From a virus: 64,000 nt of DNA. The stretch spans positions 54,685 through 118,684 of the IMG/VR virus record IMGVR_UViG_3300032294_001228. One strand, given 5' to 3'. The notes below the pieces were generated by a model. That model was not told where the DNA came from. It searched no databases and worked only from the letters and a program-made list of their open reading frames with translations. Shown piece after piece: positions 17,540 through 27,830 of this stretch; the first letter of the stretch is position 1; the number at the start of each line of letters is the position of its first letter. The translations under genes and the position numbers were made by a program.

Positions 17540-19846
17540 TTGTCAGAAAAAATGCGATCAAATCCTGAAATTGAAAAAATTATTAGTACTGCTTGTTTGT
17601 TAGCAAAAGAATACAGGCATCAATATGTTACCTTAGAACATCTATTGATTGCATTAATTGAATTTGAAAATTTCAATACTTTACTAATTGATTTTGGGGT
17701 TGATGTAGAAAACTTATTGCGTGATCTCTACGATTATGTAGGTAAACAAGATAATCTTGCGACTTTAGAAGATACAGATGTAACTCCACAGCGCACACAT
17801 GCACTAGAGCGTGTGTTCAATCGAGCATTTACACAAGTGTTGTTTAGTGCCCGCGAAGAAATGTTGCCTATTGATCTTTTTCTAAGCATAAGTCAAGAAC
17901 CTCAAAGCCATGCAGCATACTTCTTGCTGAAATGGGGTGTAGCACGTAAACAGCTAGTTGAATTTTTCACAGAAAGAAATGCCGACAAACTAGGCAAAAA
18001 CACTAAACGCGAATCAAACAAAAAAGACTTTGCTGAAAAAATTCTTGACGAGTTCTGCACAAATCTAAACAAACAGGTCACAGAAGGTAAAATTGATCCT
18101 TTAATTGGGCGCCACAGCGAAGTTGAAGAAATCACACAGGTTCTAGCCCGTCGTCATAAATCAAACGTACTGATGATTGGTGATCCAGGTGTAGGTAAAA
18201 CTGCTATCGCTGAAGGTTTAGCCTACAAAATTGTTAACGCCGACGTGCCAGAATATTTGAAACCATATACTGTATACAATCTTGAGATTGGTAACCTGCT
18301 AGCAGGCAGCAAGTATCGCGGTGAGTTTGAAGAAAAACTCAAAGATGTCCTAGCCGCATTGAATGCCAAAGGCAACACGATCTTGTTTATTGATGAAGCA
18401 CACCAAATGCAAGGTGCAGGTGCAGGCGGTAGCAGTAATGTAGACTTTGCTAACATGCTTAAACCAGCATTAGCCAAAGGTGGTATTAAAGTTATCGCTT
18501 CAACGACCTACGAAGAGTACACACAGTCATTTGAAAAAGATCGTGCTTTAATGCGCAGATTTTATAAACTAAACGTAGACGAGCCTACTCCGCAGATTGC
18601 TAAAGATATCTTGTATGGTCTGCGCAATCACTTTGAAAAATTCCACGGTGGTGCCATTGCTGACGAAGCAATTGAATCAGCAGTCGATCTAAGTGTGCGT
18701 TATCAAACAGACAAACGCTTACCCGACAAAGCTATTGACTTGATTGACATGAGTTGTGCCAAGGCTAAGATTGTAAATCAAGACTTTATAATTAGCCGTG
18801 AGGAAATTGTAGACACTATCAGTAAAGCTACTAAAATTCCACGTGAGAATCTGATGTCAGAAAAAGCCAAAAGCAGTCTTATTAATTTAGAAGAAACTAT
18901 TAAAGATCGACTATACGGTCAAGACACGGCTGTTGAACAAGTACTAGAAAAGATCTATGTAGCCAAGGCCGGAATGAAAGCACATAATAAACCTGTGGGT
19001 AATTTCTTGTTCTTAGGACCAACCGGTACAGGTAAAACAGAATTATGTAAACTTTTAAGTGAAGCATTGGGTATGAAACTTATTCGCTTTGACATGAGTG
19101 AATATCAAGAGAAACACTCAATGGCTAAACTTATTGGTGCGCCACCGGGCTATGTAGGTTACGAAGATGGCAACCTAGGTGGTGGCTTGCTGATCAGCGA
19201 AATCGAACGCAACCCACATGCTATTATCTTGCTAGATGAAATCGAAAAAGCGCACCCGGACATCAGTAACTTGTTGCTACAGATCATGGATGAAGGCACT
19301 ATCACAGGATCCAATGGTAAAAAAGCAGATGCACGTCATTGTATTCTAATCTTAACTTCAAACTTAGGTGCGGCAGACGGTGAAGCTAATGCTATCGGCT
19401 TTGGACGCAGTTTAACCAAAGAAGGCACAGATGATGAAGCCGCTAAGAAATTCTTTAAACCAGAGTTCCGCAATAGGCTTGATGCTGTAGTTAAATTTAG
19501 TAAACTTGATAAGATGGCTATGAAGAAAATCGTTGTTAAATTCTTAAATGAACTTAATACTTTGTTAGTAGAAAAAAATATCAAGATTAATGCAACCGAG
19601 GCGTTAATAGATCACCTAGCAGAAGTTGGTTTTGACCCTGCAATGGGTGCTCGTCCTCTACAACGTAAAATTAATGAACTAATTAAGGTACCGTTGAGTA
19701 AGAGAATTTTATTTGATCACATTGAAGATGGTAGTGTGATTACAGCAGACTGGACCGATGATACTGTTAAGTTTACAGTTGCGGCACCTGTATTAGACCT
19801 ACTCGAAAACAAAACTGTAGATGAAAACGGTATCATAGTAGTATAA
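17540..19846 (+). CDS. clpA: ClpA/ClpB-family AAA+ chaperone (ClpA-like)
   Basis: Clp N-domain (HQYVTLEHLL), GDPGVGKT, FIDEAH, GPTGTGKT, FDMSEY, LIGAPPGYVG, GARPL; no ClpB M-domain; GAGGTG before TTG 17540. Confidence 0.9.
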   Translation: MSEKMRSNPEIEKIISTACLLAKEYRHQYVTLEHLLIALIEFENFNTLLIDFGVDVENLLRDLYDYVGKQDNLATLEDTDVTPQRTHALERVFNRAFTQVLFSAREEMLPIDLFLSISQEPQSHAAYFLLKWGVARKQLVEFFTERNADKLGKNTKRESNKKDFAEKILDEFCTNLNKQVTEGKIDPLIGRHSEVEEITQVLARRHKSNVLMIGDPGVGKTAIAEGLAYKIVNADVPEYLKPYTVYNLEIGNLLAGSKYRGEFEEKLKDVLAALNAKGNTILFIDEAHQMQGAGAGGSSNVDFANMLKPALAKGGIKVIASTTYEEYTQSFEKDRALMRRFYKLNVDEPTPQIAKDILYGLRNHFEKFHGGAIADEAIESAVDLSVRYQTDKRLPDKAIDLIDMSCAKAKIVNQDFIISREEIVDTISKATKIPRENLMSEKAKSSLINLEETIKDRLYGQDTAVEQVLEKIYVAKAGMKAHNKPVGNFLFLGPTGTGKTELCKLLSEALGMKLIRFDMSEYQEKHSMAKLIGAPPGYVGYEDGNLGGGLLISEIERNPHAIILLDEIEKAHPDISNLLLQIMDEGTITGSNGKKADARHCILILTSNLGAADGEANAIGFGRSLTKEGTDDEAAKKFFKPEFRNRLDAVVKFSKLDKMAMKKIVVKFLNELNTLLVEKNIKINATEALIDHLAEVGFDPAMGARPLQRKINELIKVPLSKRILFDHIEDGSVITADWTDDTVKFTVAAPVLDLLENKTVDENGIIVV

Positions 19847-19909
19847 TAATTTTACAGCCTAATTTGTGTCCGATAAATAATATGAGTATATTATTAAGGA
19901 ATCACAATC

Positions 19910-20071
19910 GTGGCAAAATTACATGAAGAAGTAATAGTAATTAAGGTAAGTAAATTACTCAAGGACAATGAACAAGCTGCACCTATCTTAGCTGGCGAAG
20001 TTGCTAGTTTAGAAGCAGTAGTACAAGAACTAGCAGGTGCTAATACCCTAGTTGAAATTCAAGTAGCATAA
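19910..20071 (+). CDS. Small hypothetical protein (53 aa, not in ORF track)
   Basis: AAGGA RBS, GTG start; MAKLHEEVIVIKVSKLLKD...LVEIQVA*; ATAAATA upstream. Confidence 0.7.
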   Translation: MAKLHEEVIVIKVSKLLKDNEQAAPILAGEVASLEAVVQELAGANTLVEIQVA

Positions 20072-20096
20072 TTTTACATTTAAAGGTAGATTTTCA

Positions 20097-20939
20097 ATGA
20101 GCAAACAATCAAAACGTATCAAACCTAATTCACCCAGCATGATCAAAGCTGCACCTGGTGTACCTATGCAGATGCCAGCAGGTGGGCAATCTCAAGGTCA
20201 ACCATTTGACTTTACCAAAGTGCATATTCACTTTGGTATTCCTTGTTATGGTGGTCAGATTACAGAACCTTGTTTTACAAGTTTCTTACGTTTCATCTTA
20301 ATGGCATCACGTAGTGGGTTACAATGGTCATTAGACACTATGGTTAATGAGAGTTTAGTAACACGTGCCCGTAACAACCTAATGGCTAAGATGATGACTA
20401 ATCAGGCTGCTACACACTTCATGTTTATTGATGCTGACATTCGTTTCCAACCAGAAGCGATCTTCATGATGTTGGCTGCAGATAAAGATGTTATCGGTGG
20501 ATTATATCCTAAAAAAGCATTGCCAATTAGCTATGTAATTAATGTCAAACCTGGTACACAGATCATCAACGACATTTTCCCAGTAGATACCATGGGCACA
20601 GGCTTTATGATGTTTAAACGTCACGTATATGAGAAACTCTGCGCTGCTCATCCAGAGACCAAATACGTAGACGATGTTGGTCTAGGCAAACAATACGAGC
20701 CAACTATGTATTCAATCTTTGATACTGAAATCGACGAAAAAGGTCACTATCTAAGTGAAGACTGGACATTCTGTCGTCGTTGGGCAAAATTAGGTGGTGA
20801 GATCTATGCTCATGCTAAGGTATTATTGAACCATAGTGGTCATTATGAGTTTGCTGGTGATTTAAGTGTATTAACAGGTGGTAAACCAAGCATGCCTGAT
20901 ATCACTCCAGCTCAGATGGAAGCCAAAAAAGCACAATAA
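20097..20939 (+). CDS. GT-A fold glycosyltransferase-like protein
   Basis: GIPCYGG, ESLVTRARN, FMFIDADI (DxD), GTGFMM, LSEDWTFC. Confidence 0.75.
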   Translation: MSKQSKRIKPNSPSMIKAAPGVPMQMPAGGQSQGQPFDFTKVHIHFGIPCYGGQITEPCFTSFLRFILMASRSGLQWSLDTMVNESLVTRARNNLMAKMMTNQAATHFMFIDADIRFQPEAIFMMLAADKDVIGGLYPKKALPISYVINVKPGTQIINDIFPVDTMGTGFMMFKRHVYEKLCAAHPETKYVDDVGLGKQYEPTMYSIFDTEIDEKGHYLSEDWTFCRRWAKLGGEIYAHAKVLLNHSGHYEFAGDLSVLTGGKPSMPDITPAQMEAKKAQ

Positions 20940-20941
20940 TA

Positions 20942-21388
20942 ATGCAAGAAGAAAATCTTGAGTTTAAAATCAGCTTAACAGGAACTTTTTGGGATCGACG
21001 TCCACAGTTCTCTGTTTGGCTTGATGATCATGTGGTTATACAAAGTGAAATAGCTGGAGCCGCTGAACAGATAGTCAGTTTTGAGCGTAGGATCAGCAAA
21101 GGTGCACATGAACTTAAGATCCGTTTAGAAAACAAAACCAACGGTGATACTGTCGTAGAAAATGGCCAAGTAGTCAAAGACATGCTATTGAATATAGATG
21201 ATATTACTATAGATGATATCAGTCTAGGCAACTTACTTTGGTCCGCTGAATATGTGTTAGATCGTCCACAATTATATAAAGGCCAGGAAATAGACCATCT
21301 AGATGGCTGTGTTAATCTTGGGTGGAATGGTACATATATGCTTAAATTTACTAGTCCATTTTATATCTGGTTACTTGAGAAACTCTAA
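20942..21388 (+). CDS. Hypothetical protein
   Basis: 148 aa; C-terminal LGWNG...FTSPFYIWL. Confidence 0.7.
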   Translation: MQEENLEFKISLTGTFWDRRPQFSVWLDDHVVIQSEIAGAAEQIVSFERRISKGAHELKIRLENKTNGDTVVENGQVVKDMLLNIDDITIDDISLGNLLWSAEYVLDRPQLYKGQEIDHLDGCVNLGWNGTYMLKFTSPFYIWLLEKL

Positions 21389-21418
21389 GATAAATATAGT
21401 AACATCTACGGATTTACT

Positions 21419-22138
21419 ATGTTTCTAATTGAAGTTCTTAAAGATAAACCTCGCAAACCAGTAGCATTCTGCTATGGTCGCGTCAATCCTCCTACTATAG
21501 GTCATGCGAGACTATTTAATACTACTGCACGTGCTAGTATGGGTGGTGACTATTGGATATTCTTAAGCCATACACAAGATCCCAAGAAAAATCCCCTAGA
21601 TTACAATACCAAAGTAGATTTCGTCAAGGCCATGTTTCCACAGCATGCTGATCATGTTAGCACTGGTGGATTAAAGACTATCATGCAGATCTTAGAATTC
21701 CTATATCATCAAAATTATACAGATATAACTTACGTATGTGGTAATGATAGATTACCAACATTTACTAAACTATTAAACGATTATAATGGACTAGAAGGTA
21801 AACCCACTTATTTTAAATTTGACAGTATCAATGTGGTCAGTAGTGGCCCAAGAGACCCAGATGATGATGGTATCGCTGGTGTTAGTGCTAGTGCTGCCCG
21901 TAAAGCTGCTGTTGAAAAAGATTTTGAAAAATTTAAAGAAATTACTGGAGCAGGTCGTTACGCTAAACAACTATATCGCGCAGTACGCAAGGGTATGAAT
22001 ATATTTAATGAAGATACCAGCGGCTATATACCCAAGAATAAGAAAGAAGCCAAGGACCCACGTTGGTCAAATGCGCTTACTGTAGATGTACATCCAGATA
22101 CTCCCAACAAAAACATGAAGGCACTTGGTTTGATATAA
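21419..22138 (+). CDS. Cytidyltransferase-like (HIGH-family) nucleotidyltransferase
   Basis: YGRVNPPTIGH, KNPL, CGNDR, RDPD...VSAS. Confidence 0.8.
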   Translation: MFLIEVLKDKPRKPVAFCYGRVNPPTIGHARLFNTTARASMGGDYWIFLSHTQDPKKNPLDYNTKVDFVKAMFPQHADHVSTGGLKTIMQILEFLYHQNYTDITYVCGNDRLPTFTKLLNDYNGLEGKPTYFKFDSINVVSSGPRDPDDDGIAGVSASAARKAAVEKDFEKFKEITGAGRYAKQLYRAVRKGMNIFNEDTSGYIPKNKKEAKDPRWSNALTVDVHPDTPNKNMKALGLI

Positions 22139-22147
22139 GTTTATAAA

Positions 22148-22489
22148 ATGATTGTCAAACTCTCAGTTGAAGTCCATTGCCAAAAGCTACTCGATGATGG
22201 ACCTCATCTTAAATACAAAAATCAAAAACCTAGTAGATATCGAATTTATATTGACGATGATCTTATGACCGAACGCAACTGGATATGGGATCAAAATACT
22301 TTTATATGCGAAAATCTACTAGTAGACCTCCCAACAAATTCGTCACACAATATACGAGTAGATGTTCTTAATTATAGTGATATTGTAGGATATCGAATAC
22401 AGTTAGGGCTTGGTAATCTTATCGTTGATGGTATTCAACAAGATTTTTCCAATGATCACAGAGCTCAATTATCTTTTACAATAGCATAA
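22148..22489 (+). CDS. Hypothetical protein
   Basis: 113 aa; YRIYIDDDLMTERNWIW. Confidence 0.65.
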   Translation: MIVKLSVEVHCQKLLDDGPHLKYKNQKPSRYRIYIDDDLMTERNWIWDQNTFICENLLVDLPTNSSHNIRVDVLNYSDIVGYRIQLGLGNLIVDGIQQDFSNDHRAQLSFTIA

Positions 22490-22497
22490 ATATACAT

Positions 22498-22665
22498 ATG
22501 AAAATATACGAAATACTAGAAGATAAGAAACTTAAAGAAGATGCCAGCAGCGGGGGTACAAGTTCAGGCGCTGTGGCTACTAGCATGGGTGGTGGTGCTG
22601 GATTTGGTACTAGTATTTTTATGCGCAGAAACCCTACACCAAAAAAGAACAAGGGTAAAAAGTAA
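22498..22665 (+). CDS. Small putative head-internal peptide (55 aa, not in ORF track)
   Basis: MKIYEILEDKKLKEDASSGGTSSGAVATSMGGGAGFG...KKNKGKK*; TAAATA 5 nt before the ATG; TAATG coupling to dps. Confidence 0.65.
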   Translation: MKIYEILEDKKLKEDASSGGTSSGAVATSMGGGAGFGTSIFMRRNPTPKKNKGKK

Positions 22666-23102
22666 TGGACAAGTTTGCTAACCAATTAAAAATCGCATTT
22701 GCTAGCCAATATGCATTTGCTATCAAGGCACAAAACTTCCACTGGAACGTAGAAGGCAGTGATTTCTATCAACTGCACAACATGTTCGAAGATATCTATA
22801 ACGAAGTATATGGAACCATTGATGCATTTGCTGAAAACATCCGCAAGATCAAATCATATACACCGGCTAGCTTATATCGCTTTTCAGCACTGTCAGCGGT
22901 AGATGATGAAACCGCTGTACTAGACCCACAAGCCATGGTACAAGAATTATTGCGTGATGCAGAAAAAATGCAGGAGATCATGAAAGTGTTATTCCAAGAA
23001 TCGGAAGCTCGCCGTGAGCACGGACTTAGCGATTTTCTAGCAGGACGTCAAGATGCATTCGCTAAACACGCTTGGTTCTTGAGATCAACAGCAAAGGTAT
23101 AA
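22665..23102 (+). CDS. dps: Dps ferritin-like DNA protection protein
   Basis: NFHWNVEGSDFYQLHNMFEDIY...DAFAENIR...KHAWFL. Confidence 0.92.
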   Translation: MDKFANQLKIAFASQYAFAIKAQNFHWNVEGSDFYQLHNMFEDIYNEVYGTIDAFAENIRKIKSYTPASLYRFSALSAVDDETAVLDPQAMVQELLRDAEKMQEIMKVLFQESEARREHGLSDFLAGRQDAFAKHAWFLRSTAKV

Positions 23103-23103
23103 C

Positions 23104-24585
23104 ATGGATATTAAAAATTTATTAGAAAAGATTGATCAGTTCGCCGGTCAAGCAGTTGGTCAAAAGCCTGGTGATCAATGGCGTGGAAGTGATAAAGCAC
23201 CTCCAGGTAAAAAACTAGTAGGCGACAGTATCCTAAAAGATTTGTCAAAAGGCAAAACACCTAAGTCCAAAGCAGAAGAACTAGCAGAAGAATACCAAGC
23301 ATTCCTAGAAGCAGAATTCAAAGACACAGTAGATAAACGTCCAGCACGTAAAAATGCTCGTCCAAGTCGTGGTCATGCACCACAACCAGGTTATAAAACT
23401 GTCAAAGCAGACGAAAGCTACATGAGCGACAAAGATATTGAATTACAAGATTATCGTTCAATGACTAATCAAGAATTCCAAACTGCATATGGTATTAGCA
23501 AGATGGAATGGATCAATCAAAACAAAGCAATAGTCATACAAAATCCTGATCTTAAACGAGCTTTAGGATTAGAAGAAGGTTGGGAAAGCGGCCCTGAAGA
23601 ATACAAAGAACCCTATGATGATGCAGATGATGCATATGACCGTATGCGTCAAGAAAAGATTGACACAGAAGCGGAAAAGGAATGGGCTAAGTTACCTAAA
23701 GTTTCAACATATAAACTAATTGGTCGTGGTCCTAACATGGAACCAAACTATGAGTTTGGTGATGAGTTTGACTCAATGGAACAGGCACTAGAATACCGTG
23801 CTAAGATCATGAAGGATCCCGATACACCACATCCAGAACACATTGGCATTAGAACTATTACTAGAGTTGTAGACAAACAACAAACTAATGAAGCAGTTTA
23901 TACAGCACCAAGAAATCAAGAAGATTATGATGCTAAGATGACTGCATTACAAGATTTACAAATGGATCCGAATACAGCTAATGATCCAGAGTTACAAAAG
24001 AAAATCATCATCTATATGGATAATCTACAAAAGATAGCGCATCAAAAAGGTTGGGCGACTCAATCTGCAGCAGAAAGCCGTGGTCATAAAATTATTGCTA
24101 ATAAACTAAAAGATATTGAACTCAGTAAAAAACCTCCAGTAGAGGTAGATCAAAAACAGCGCAAAGCCCAGGCCCGTGCAGAGTATGCAAAATATGTGGC
24201 CAAAATGCGTAAAATTAACCCTGATTATGTGCCATTATACAAAATGGACGAAGCTGGTGCTAATAACCCTCCTCAACAAAATATTTCTGATAAAACAACT
24301 GCTACGCCTCAACAGCAACAACAGATCAAAAATGTAGCACAAGGCACACAGGCACTCAAAGCCGCAGTTGGAGCCAGTGCATCAACTGATGTATTAGCCA
24401 AAGCGATTGATTCTGCTAGCAAAGGTACTGCTATAGACGCTACCAGTGCCAAGGCTTTAGAACCAATGATGGATGTGATCAAACAAGCAGCACAAGATCC
24501 TAATCTAGCTAACCAATTTAAGTCGTTAGCTAGCCAAGCTAAAACTAGTGCTGCAAAACAGCAAACTCAACAGCAAAAATCCTAA
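23104..24585 (+). CDS. Large modular, low-complexity protein (putative head-internal polyprotein)
   Basis: Segments delimited by LEA/ADES/LEEG/TNEA/AAES/MDEA; charged and Q-rich. Confidence 0.55.
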   Translation: MDIKNLLEKIDQFAGQAVGQKPGDQWRGSDKAPPGKKLVGDSILKDLSKGKTPKSKAEELAEEYQAFLEAEFKDTVDKRPARKNARPSRGHAPQPGYKTVKADESYMSDKDIELQDYRSMTNQEFQTAYGISKMEWINQNKAIVIQNPDLKRALGLEEGWESGPEEYKEPYDDADDAYDRMRQEKIDTEAEKEWAKLPKVSTYKLIGRGPNMEPNYEFGDEFDSMEQALEYRAKIMKDPDTPHPEHIGIRTITRVVDKQQTNEAVYTAPRNQEDYDAKMTALQDLQMDPNTANDPELQKKIIIYMDNLQKIAHQKGWATQSAAESRGHKIIANKLKDIELSKKPPVEVDQKQRKAQARAEYAKYVAKMRKINPDYVPLYKMDEAGANNPPQQNISDKTTATPQQQQQIKNVAQGTQALKAAVGASASTDVLAKAIDSASKGTAIDATSAKALEPMMDVIKQAAQDPNLANQFKSLASQAKTSAAKQQTQQQKS

Positions 24586-24596
24586 TAAACTGTAGA

Positions 24597-25040
24597 TTAA
24601 TCGTCGGATTCTTCATAATTTGCTATAGTATTACCTGTGGTCTGCAGATCTTTGTCTAGACGTTTAATGTAGGTTTTGGCACTAGCTAACTTATTAAACA
24701 TACGAGTTGATCTCTTGCCATCTAGATAAACACTAAATTTTTTACCATCAGTCTTGACTTCTGCATTTACAGCCTTTAGATACCCTATTTTAGCAGTATA
24801 TACTGGTGGTAGGTCTATCAATGTATCAAAACCAAGCAAAATACTACCGCCTTTTTGACCAACTTTTACTAGATTTTGTGTAAATTCTCCGCTGGTATTT
24901 GCTGTACGCATAATCAGTGCCGCAGTGCGCACATCCATAGTTTGAATGAATCCTTCCTCATCCACCCAAAAATCTACACCTTCTTCGCGACCTTGATATG
25001 GATCTGTAATTACTTCTAATAGATTCTCTAGTTGTGTCAT
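24597..25040 (-). CDS. Hypothetical protein (isolated minus-strand early gene)
   Basis: 147-aa ORF with its own perfect sigma70 promoter. Confidence 0.75.
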   Translation of the reverse strand: MTQLENLLEVITDPYQGREEGVDFWVDEEGFIQTMDVRTAALIMRTANTSGEFTQNLVKVGQKGGSILLGFDTLIDLPPVYTAKIGYLKAVNAEVKTDGKKFSVYLDGKRSTRMFNKLASAKTYIKRLDKDLQTTGNTIANYEESDD

Positions 25041-25077
25041 GATTTAACCAATACCCTGAGTTGTTGATAATATAGGA

Positions 25078-25106
25078 ATTATAACATCTTTGTTTAACTT
25101 TGTCAA
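25078..25106 (-). promoter_or_regulatory. Perfect sigma70 promoter
   Basis: Minus strand TTGACA (25106-25101)-17 nt-TATAAT (25083-25078) with a TG extension. Confidence 0.8.
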
Positions 25107-25144
25107 GACTTTTATTGTTGATAAATACTCTATAGAGGAATCAT

Positions 25145-25495
25145 ATGCGAATTACTGATTTATTTGAATACAATGCATGGCATGGTACTGATGATCAATG
25201 GTACAGCCAAAGCTCAGATCCTTGGTATAACGGTAACGATCAATGGCACGGTAAAGATAGCGGTAACATGATGGAAGAAGATTTTGCAGTGGCCAACATC
25301 GTAGCCACAGAAGGCACAGCAGAATTCAGCGATATTGTTACAGCCAGAGAGTTAATTGGGTCAGCAGCACGTGATCCGCAGAACGAAAAGCACAAATATT
25401 TTGAATTCCTCAAACATTTAAGAACTAAACACGGTGCAGAATATAGTACTCGTGTACATCAAAAAGCCGCAGAGCTAGCAAGACAAAAGGCATAA
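25145..25495 (+). CDS. Hypothetical protein with a capsid-targeting-like N-terminus
   Basis: MRITDLFE; short DQW/DPW repeats; late promoter and GAGGA RBS. Confidence 0.65.
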   Translation: MRITDLFEYNAWHGTDDQWYSQSSDPWYNGNDQWHGKDSGNMMEEDFAVANIVATEGTAEFSDIVTARELIGSAARDPQNEKHKYFEFLKHLRTKHGAEYSTRVHQKAAELARQKA

Positions 25496-25498
25496 CCA

Positions 25499-27808
25499 AT
25501 GGCAGATACTACCTATACCTTAATATTAGAACAATCCGGAATTAAAGCATTTACTATGCCAGATGGATTTTTCCCAGATGTTGAAATATACTGCTGGGGA
25601 GCAGGTGGCGGTACTGGATGGGGAGGTGCCTCGGGAGGTGGTGGTGGCTATGCCAAAACCACAGCTAACATAAATCCTGGAGATGAAGTTACTTTACAAA
25701 TAGGTCAACCCGGAAGCAATGCTCCAGCAGCAACAGGTGTAGGTGGCGCGGGCGGACTAGATACTACGTATCGAAATTTCCGAGGTGGTAATGGAGGTGC
25801 GAGAGGTACATGGTGCGGACAAAATGGTGGTCCTTATCCTAGCGGTGGAGGTGGAGGTGCTAGTTTTGTTGCTATCGACGGATCATTTGTCTGCGTAGCC
25901 GCAGGTGGAGGCGGAGGTAGTGGATATGGTCACAATAATGTAAAATATCCAGGTTTACCGGGCGGCAGTTGGGATGGATTAGCGCCAGATTTTAGAGGTC
26001 AAGATGCTGCATATGGCGGTGGAGGTGGTGGCGGATATCCGCGAGGTGGTGCCGCAGGTACAGTTAGCGGACATACTGTAACACGTGGTAGTGGTGGTCA
26101 AAACTACGGAGATACAACTATTGCAGGCAGCGGAAGTTTAGGTGCTGGTAAAAATATAAGTTTATATCCGGGAGATAAAATCGGAGATGCTGGCTATCCT
26201 GGTTATATTGCGTTAAGATTGCGCAAGAAATTTAATGCATTTATTAAAGATGCCGATGGTTCAGGCGATTGGGTTAACTTAGAATCTGCTTATTTTAAAT
26301 TACCAACACAATCAATTAGTGTATCACAAACATCAGAAAGTCAAACATTAACTTATAATTCAGTAGGAACTAACACATTTACAGTACCTGCAGGAGTAAC
26401 ATCAATCCAGGTGGCTGTTATCGGAGGTGGTGGAGGTGGTGGATTCCCATCATCTGGACAAAGCGGATTCTCTCAAGGTGGAGGTGGTGGCGGAGGTGGT
26501 TCTGGTGGATTATCCTCAGGAATAATATCGGTTACCCCTGGAGAAACATTAACCGTTACTGTTGGAGCTGGCGGTGCTGCTGGACCTGGGATAAGTGGCA
26601 CTCTAGGCAATCCTGGTGGCACCGGTGGAACTTCATCAGTTAACAGATCATCTACTACATTACTCAGTGCCTCAGGTGGTGCGGGTGGAAGAGGTGGTCA
26701 AGGTAATCCTAATACTGGTGGCGCAGGTGGTGCGGGTGGAACTGGAACTACATCAAATGGTAATTCGGGATCTGCAGGCACAGCAGCCGGAGGTGGTGGA
26801 TTATCGTCAGGTGGAACCGGTGCTAGTTCAAGTTCGGGTGGTGCGGGAGGATCTGCAGGATTATTTCCAACCGCTGGAGGAACAGGGGGAACAGGTGCTG
26901 GTGGAGGTGGTGGATCAAGTTCTGGATTTAATCCTAATGATGTCGAAACATCAGCCGGCGCTGGCGGCGCTGGTAGAGTTACGATTTCTTATACTCCTGC
27001 TCCTTTTAATGTTACCATAGTGACGGGTGGGTGGAAACAAATTCAGCAGGCATTTATCAAAGTAAACAATTTTTGGAAGCCTATCCTAACTGATACAACT
27101 ATTGACTTATATAATTACCCAGCCAAACGTATCAAAGCCAATATTGTAATTAGCTCAGATACCAGCGATTATAATCTGTTTAATAATGTACCAGTGTCTT
27201 ACTTTGAAGGACTAATGGATATTGATGTTTGGGTGTTGCCGGGTGTTGAAATAACTGGTAATGCATCAGGCACAGCCTTTACTGTTTCAGGGTTTACGGA
27301 AGGTGATCGTATTACCTTACGCAATTATGGTTATCTAGCAGGTCGTGGAGGCCAAGGTGGTAACGGTGGTTATCGTTATACTGTTAATAAAAGCACATCT
27401 ACCGCCCCACCGTCAGCAGGCAGTAACGGTGGCACCGGATTATTACTTAACTACCCAATTACCTTAATAAATAATGGTAATATTGCGGGTGGCGGTGGCG
27501 GTGGTGGAGGTGGCTCAGTAACTACATTTAGTTCTGGTAAAAGTACTTCGTTTAATAACGGTGGTACAGGTGGTGGTGGCGCTGGATTTGGTGTAGGATT
27601 TAATAATGGTACACTTACATCAGGTGGTGCAGGACAATCTGCTGCAGGCGGTGGTGATGGTGGAGCTGGTGGTGCTAGAGGTCAGAACGGTGGAAATGGT
27701 GGTGGTGGCGGTGGCGGTGCAGGTGGAAGGGCAGGTCCTGCAATACAAGGCTCATTAAATTTAGTACCAGGTTCAATTCTAGGATCGTATTTTGGGGGTC
27801 TAGGTTAA
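25499..27808 (+). CDS. Glycine-rich tail fibre / receptor-binding adhesin
   Basis: Two 'FTvP.G...GGGG' Gly-rich domains; C-terminal AGRGGQGG...LINNGNIAGGGGGGG...GGGGAGFG resembles the T-even gp38 polyglycine adhesin. Confidence 0.7.
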   Translation: MADTTYTLILEQSGIKAFTMPDGFFPDVEIYCWGAGGGTGWGGASGGGGGYAKTTANINPGDEVTLQIGQPGSNAPAATGVGGAGGLDTTYRNFRGGNGGARGTWCGQNGGPYPSGGGGGASFVAIDGSFVCVAAGGGGGSGYGHNNVKYPGLPGGSWDGLAPDFRGQDAAYGGGGGGGYPRGGAAGTVSGHTVTRGSGGQNYGDTTIAGSGSLGAGKNISLYPGDKIGDAGYPGYIALRLRKKFNAFIKDADGSGDWVNLESAYFKLPTQSISVSQTSESQTLTYNSVGTNTFTVPAGVTSIQVAVIGGGGGGGFPSSGQSGFSQGGGGGGGGSGGLSSGIISVTPGETLTVTVGAGGAAGPGISGTLGNPGGTGGTSSVNRSSTTLLSASGGAGGRGGQGNPNTGGAGGAGGTGTTSNGNSGSAGTAAGGGGLSSGGTGASSSSGGAGGSAGLFPTAGGTGGTGAGGGGGSSSGFNPNDVETSAGAGGAGRVTISYTPAPFNVTIVTGGWKQIQQAFIKVNNFWKPILTDTTIDLYNYPAKRIKANIVISSDTSDYNLFNNVPVSYFEGLMDIDVWVLPGVEITGNASGTAFTVSGFTEGDRITLRNYGYLAGRGGQGGNGGYRYTVNKSTSTAPPSAGSNGGTGLLLNYPITLINNGNIAGGGGGGGGGSVTTFSSGKSTSFNNGGTGGGGAGFGVGFNNGTLTSGGAGQSAAGGGDGGAGGARGQNGGNGGGGGGGAGGRAGPAIQGSLNLVPGSILGSYFGGLG

Positions 27809-27830
27809 AAATTATTAATAAGGATATTCA

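Noticed and set aside
25600-27760. GGT/GGC-rich tracts as a repeat array or G-quadruplex element
   Set aside because: Fully explained by glycine codons of the adhesin; no constant repeat-spacer period.
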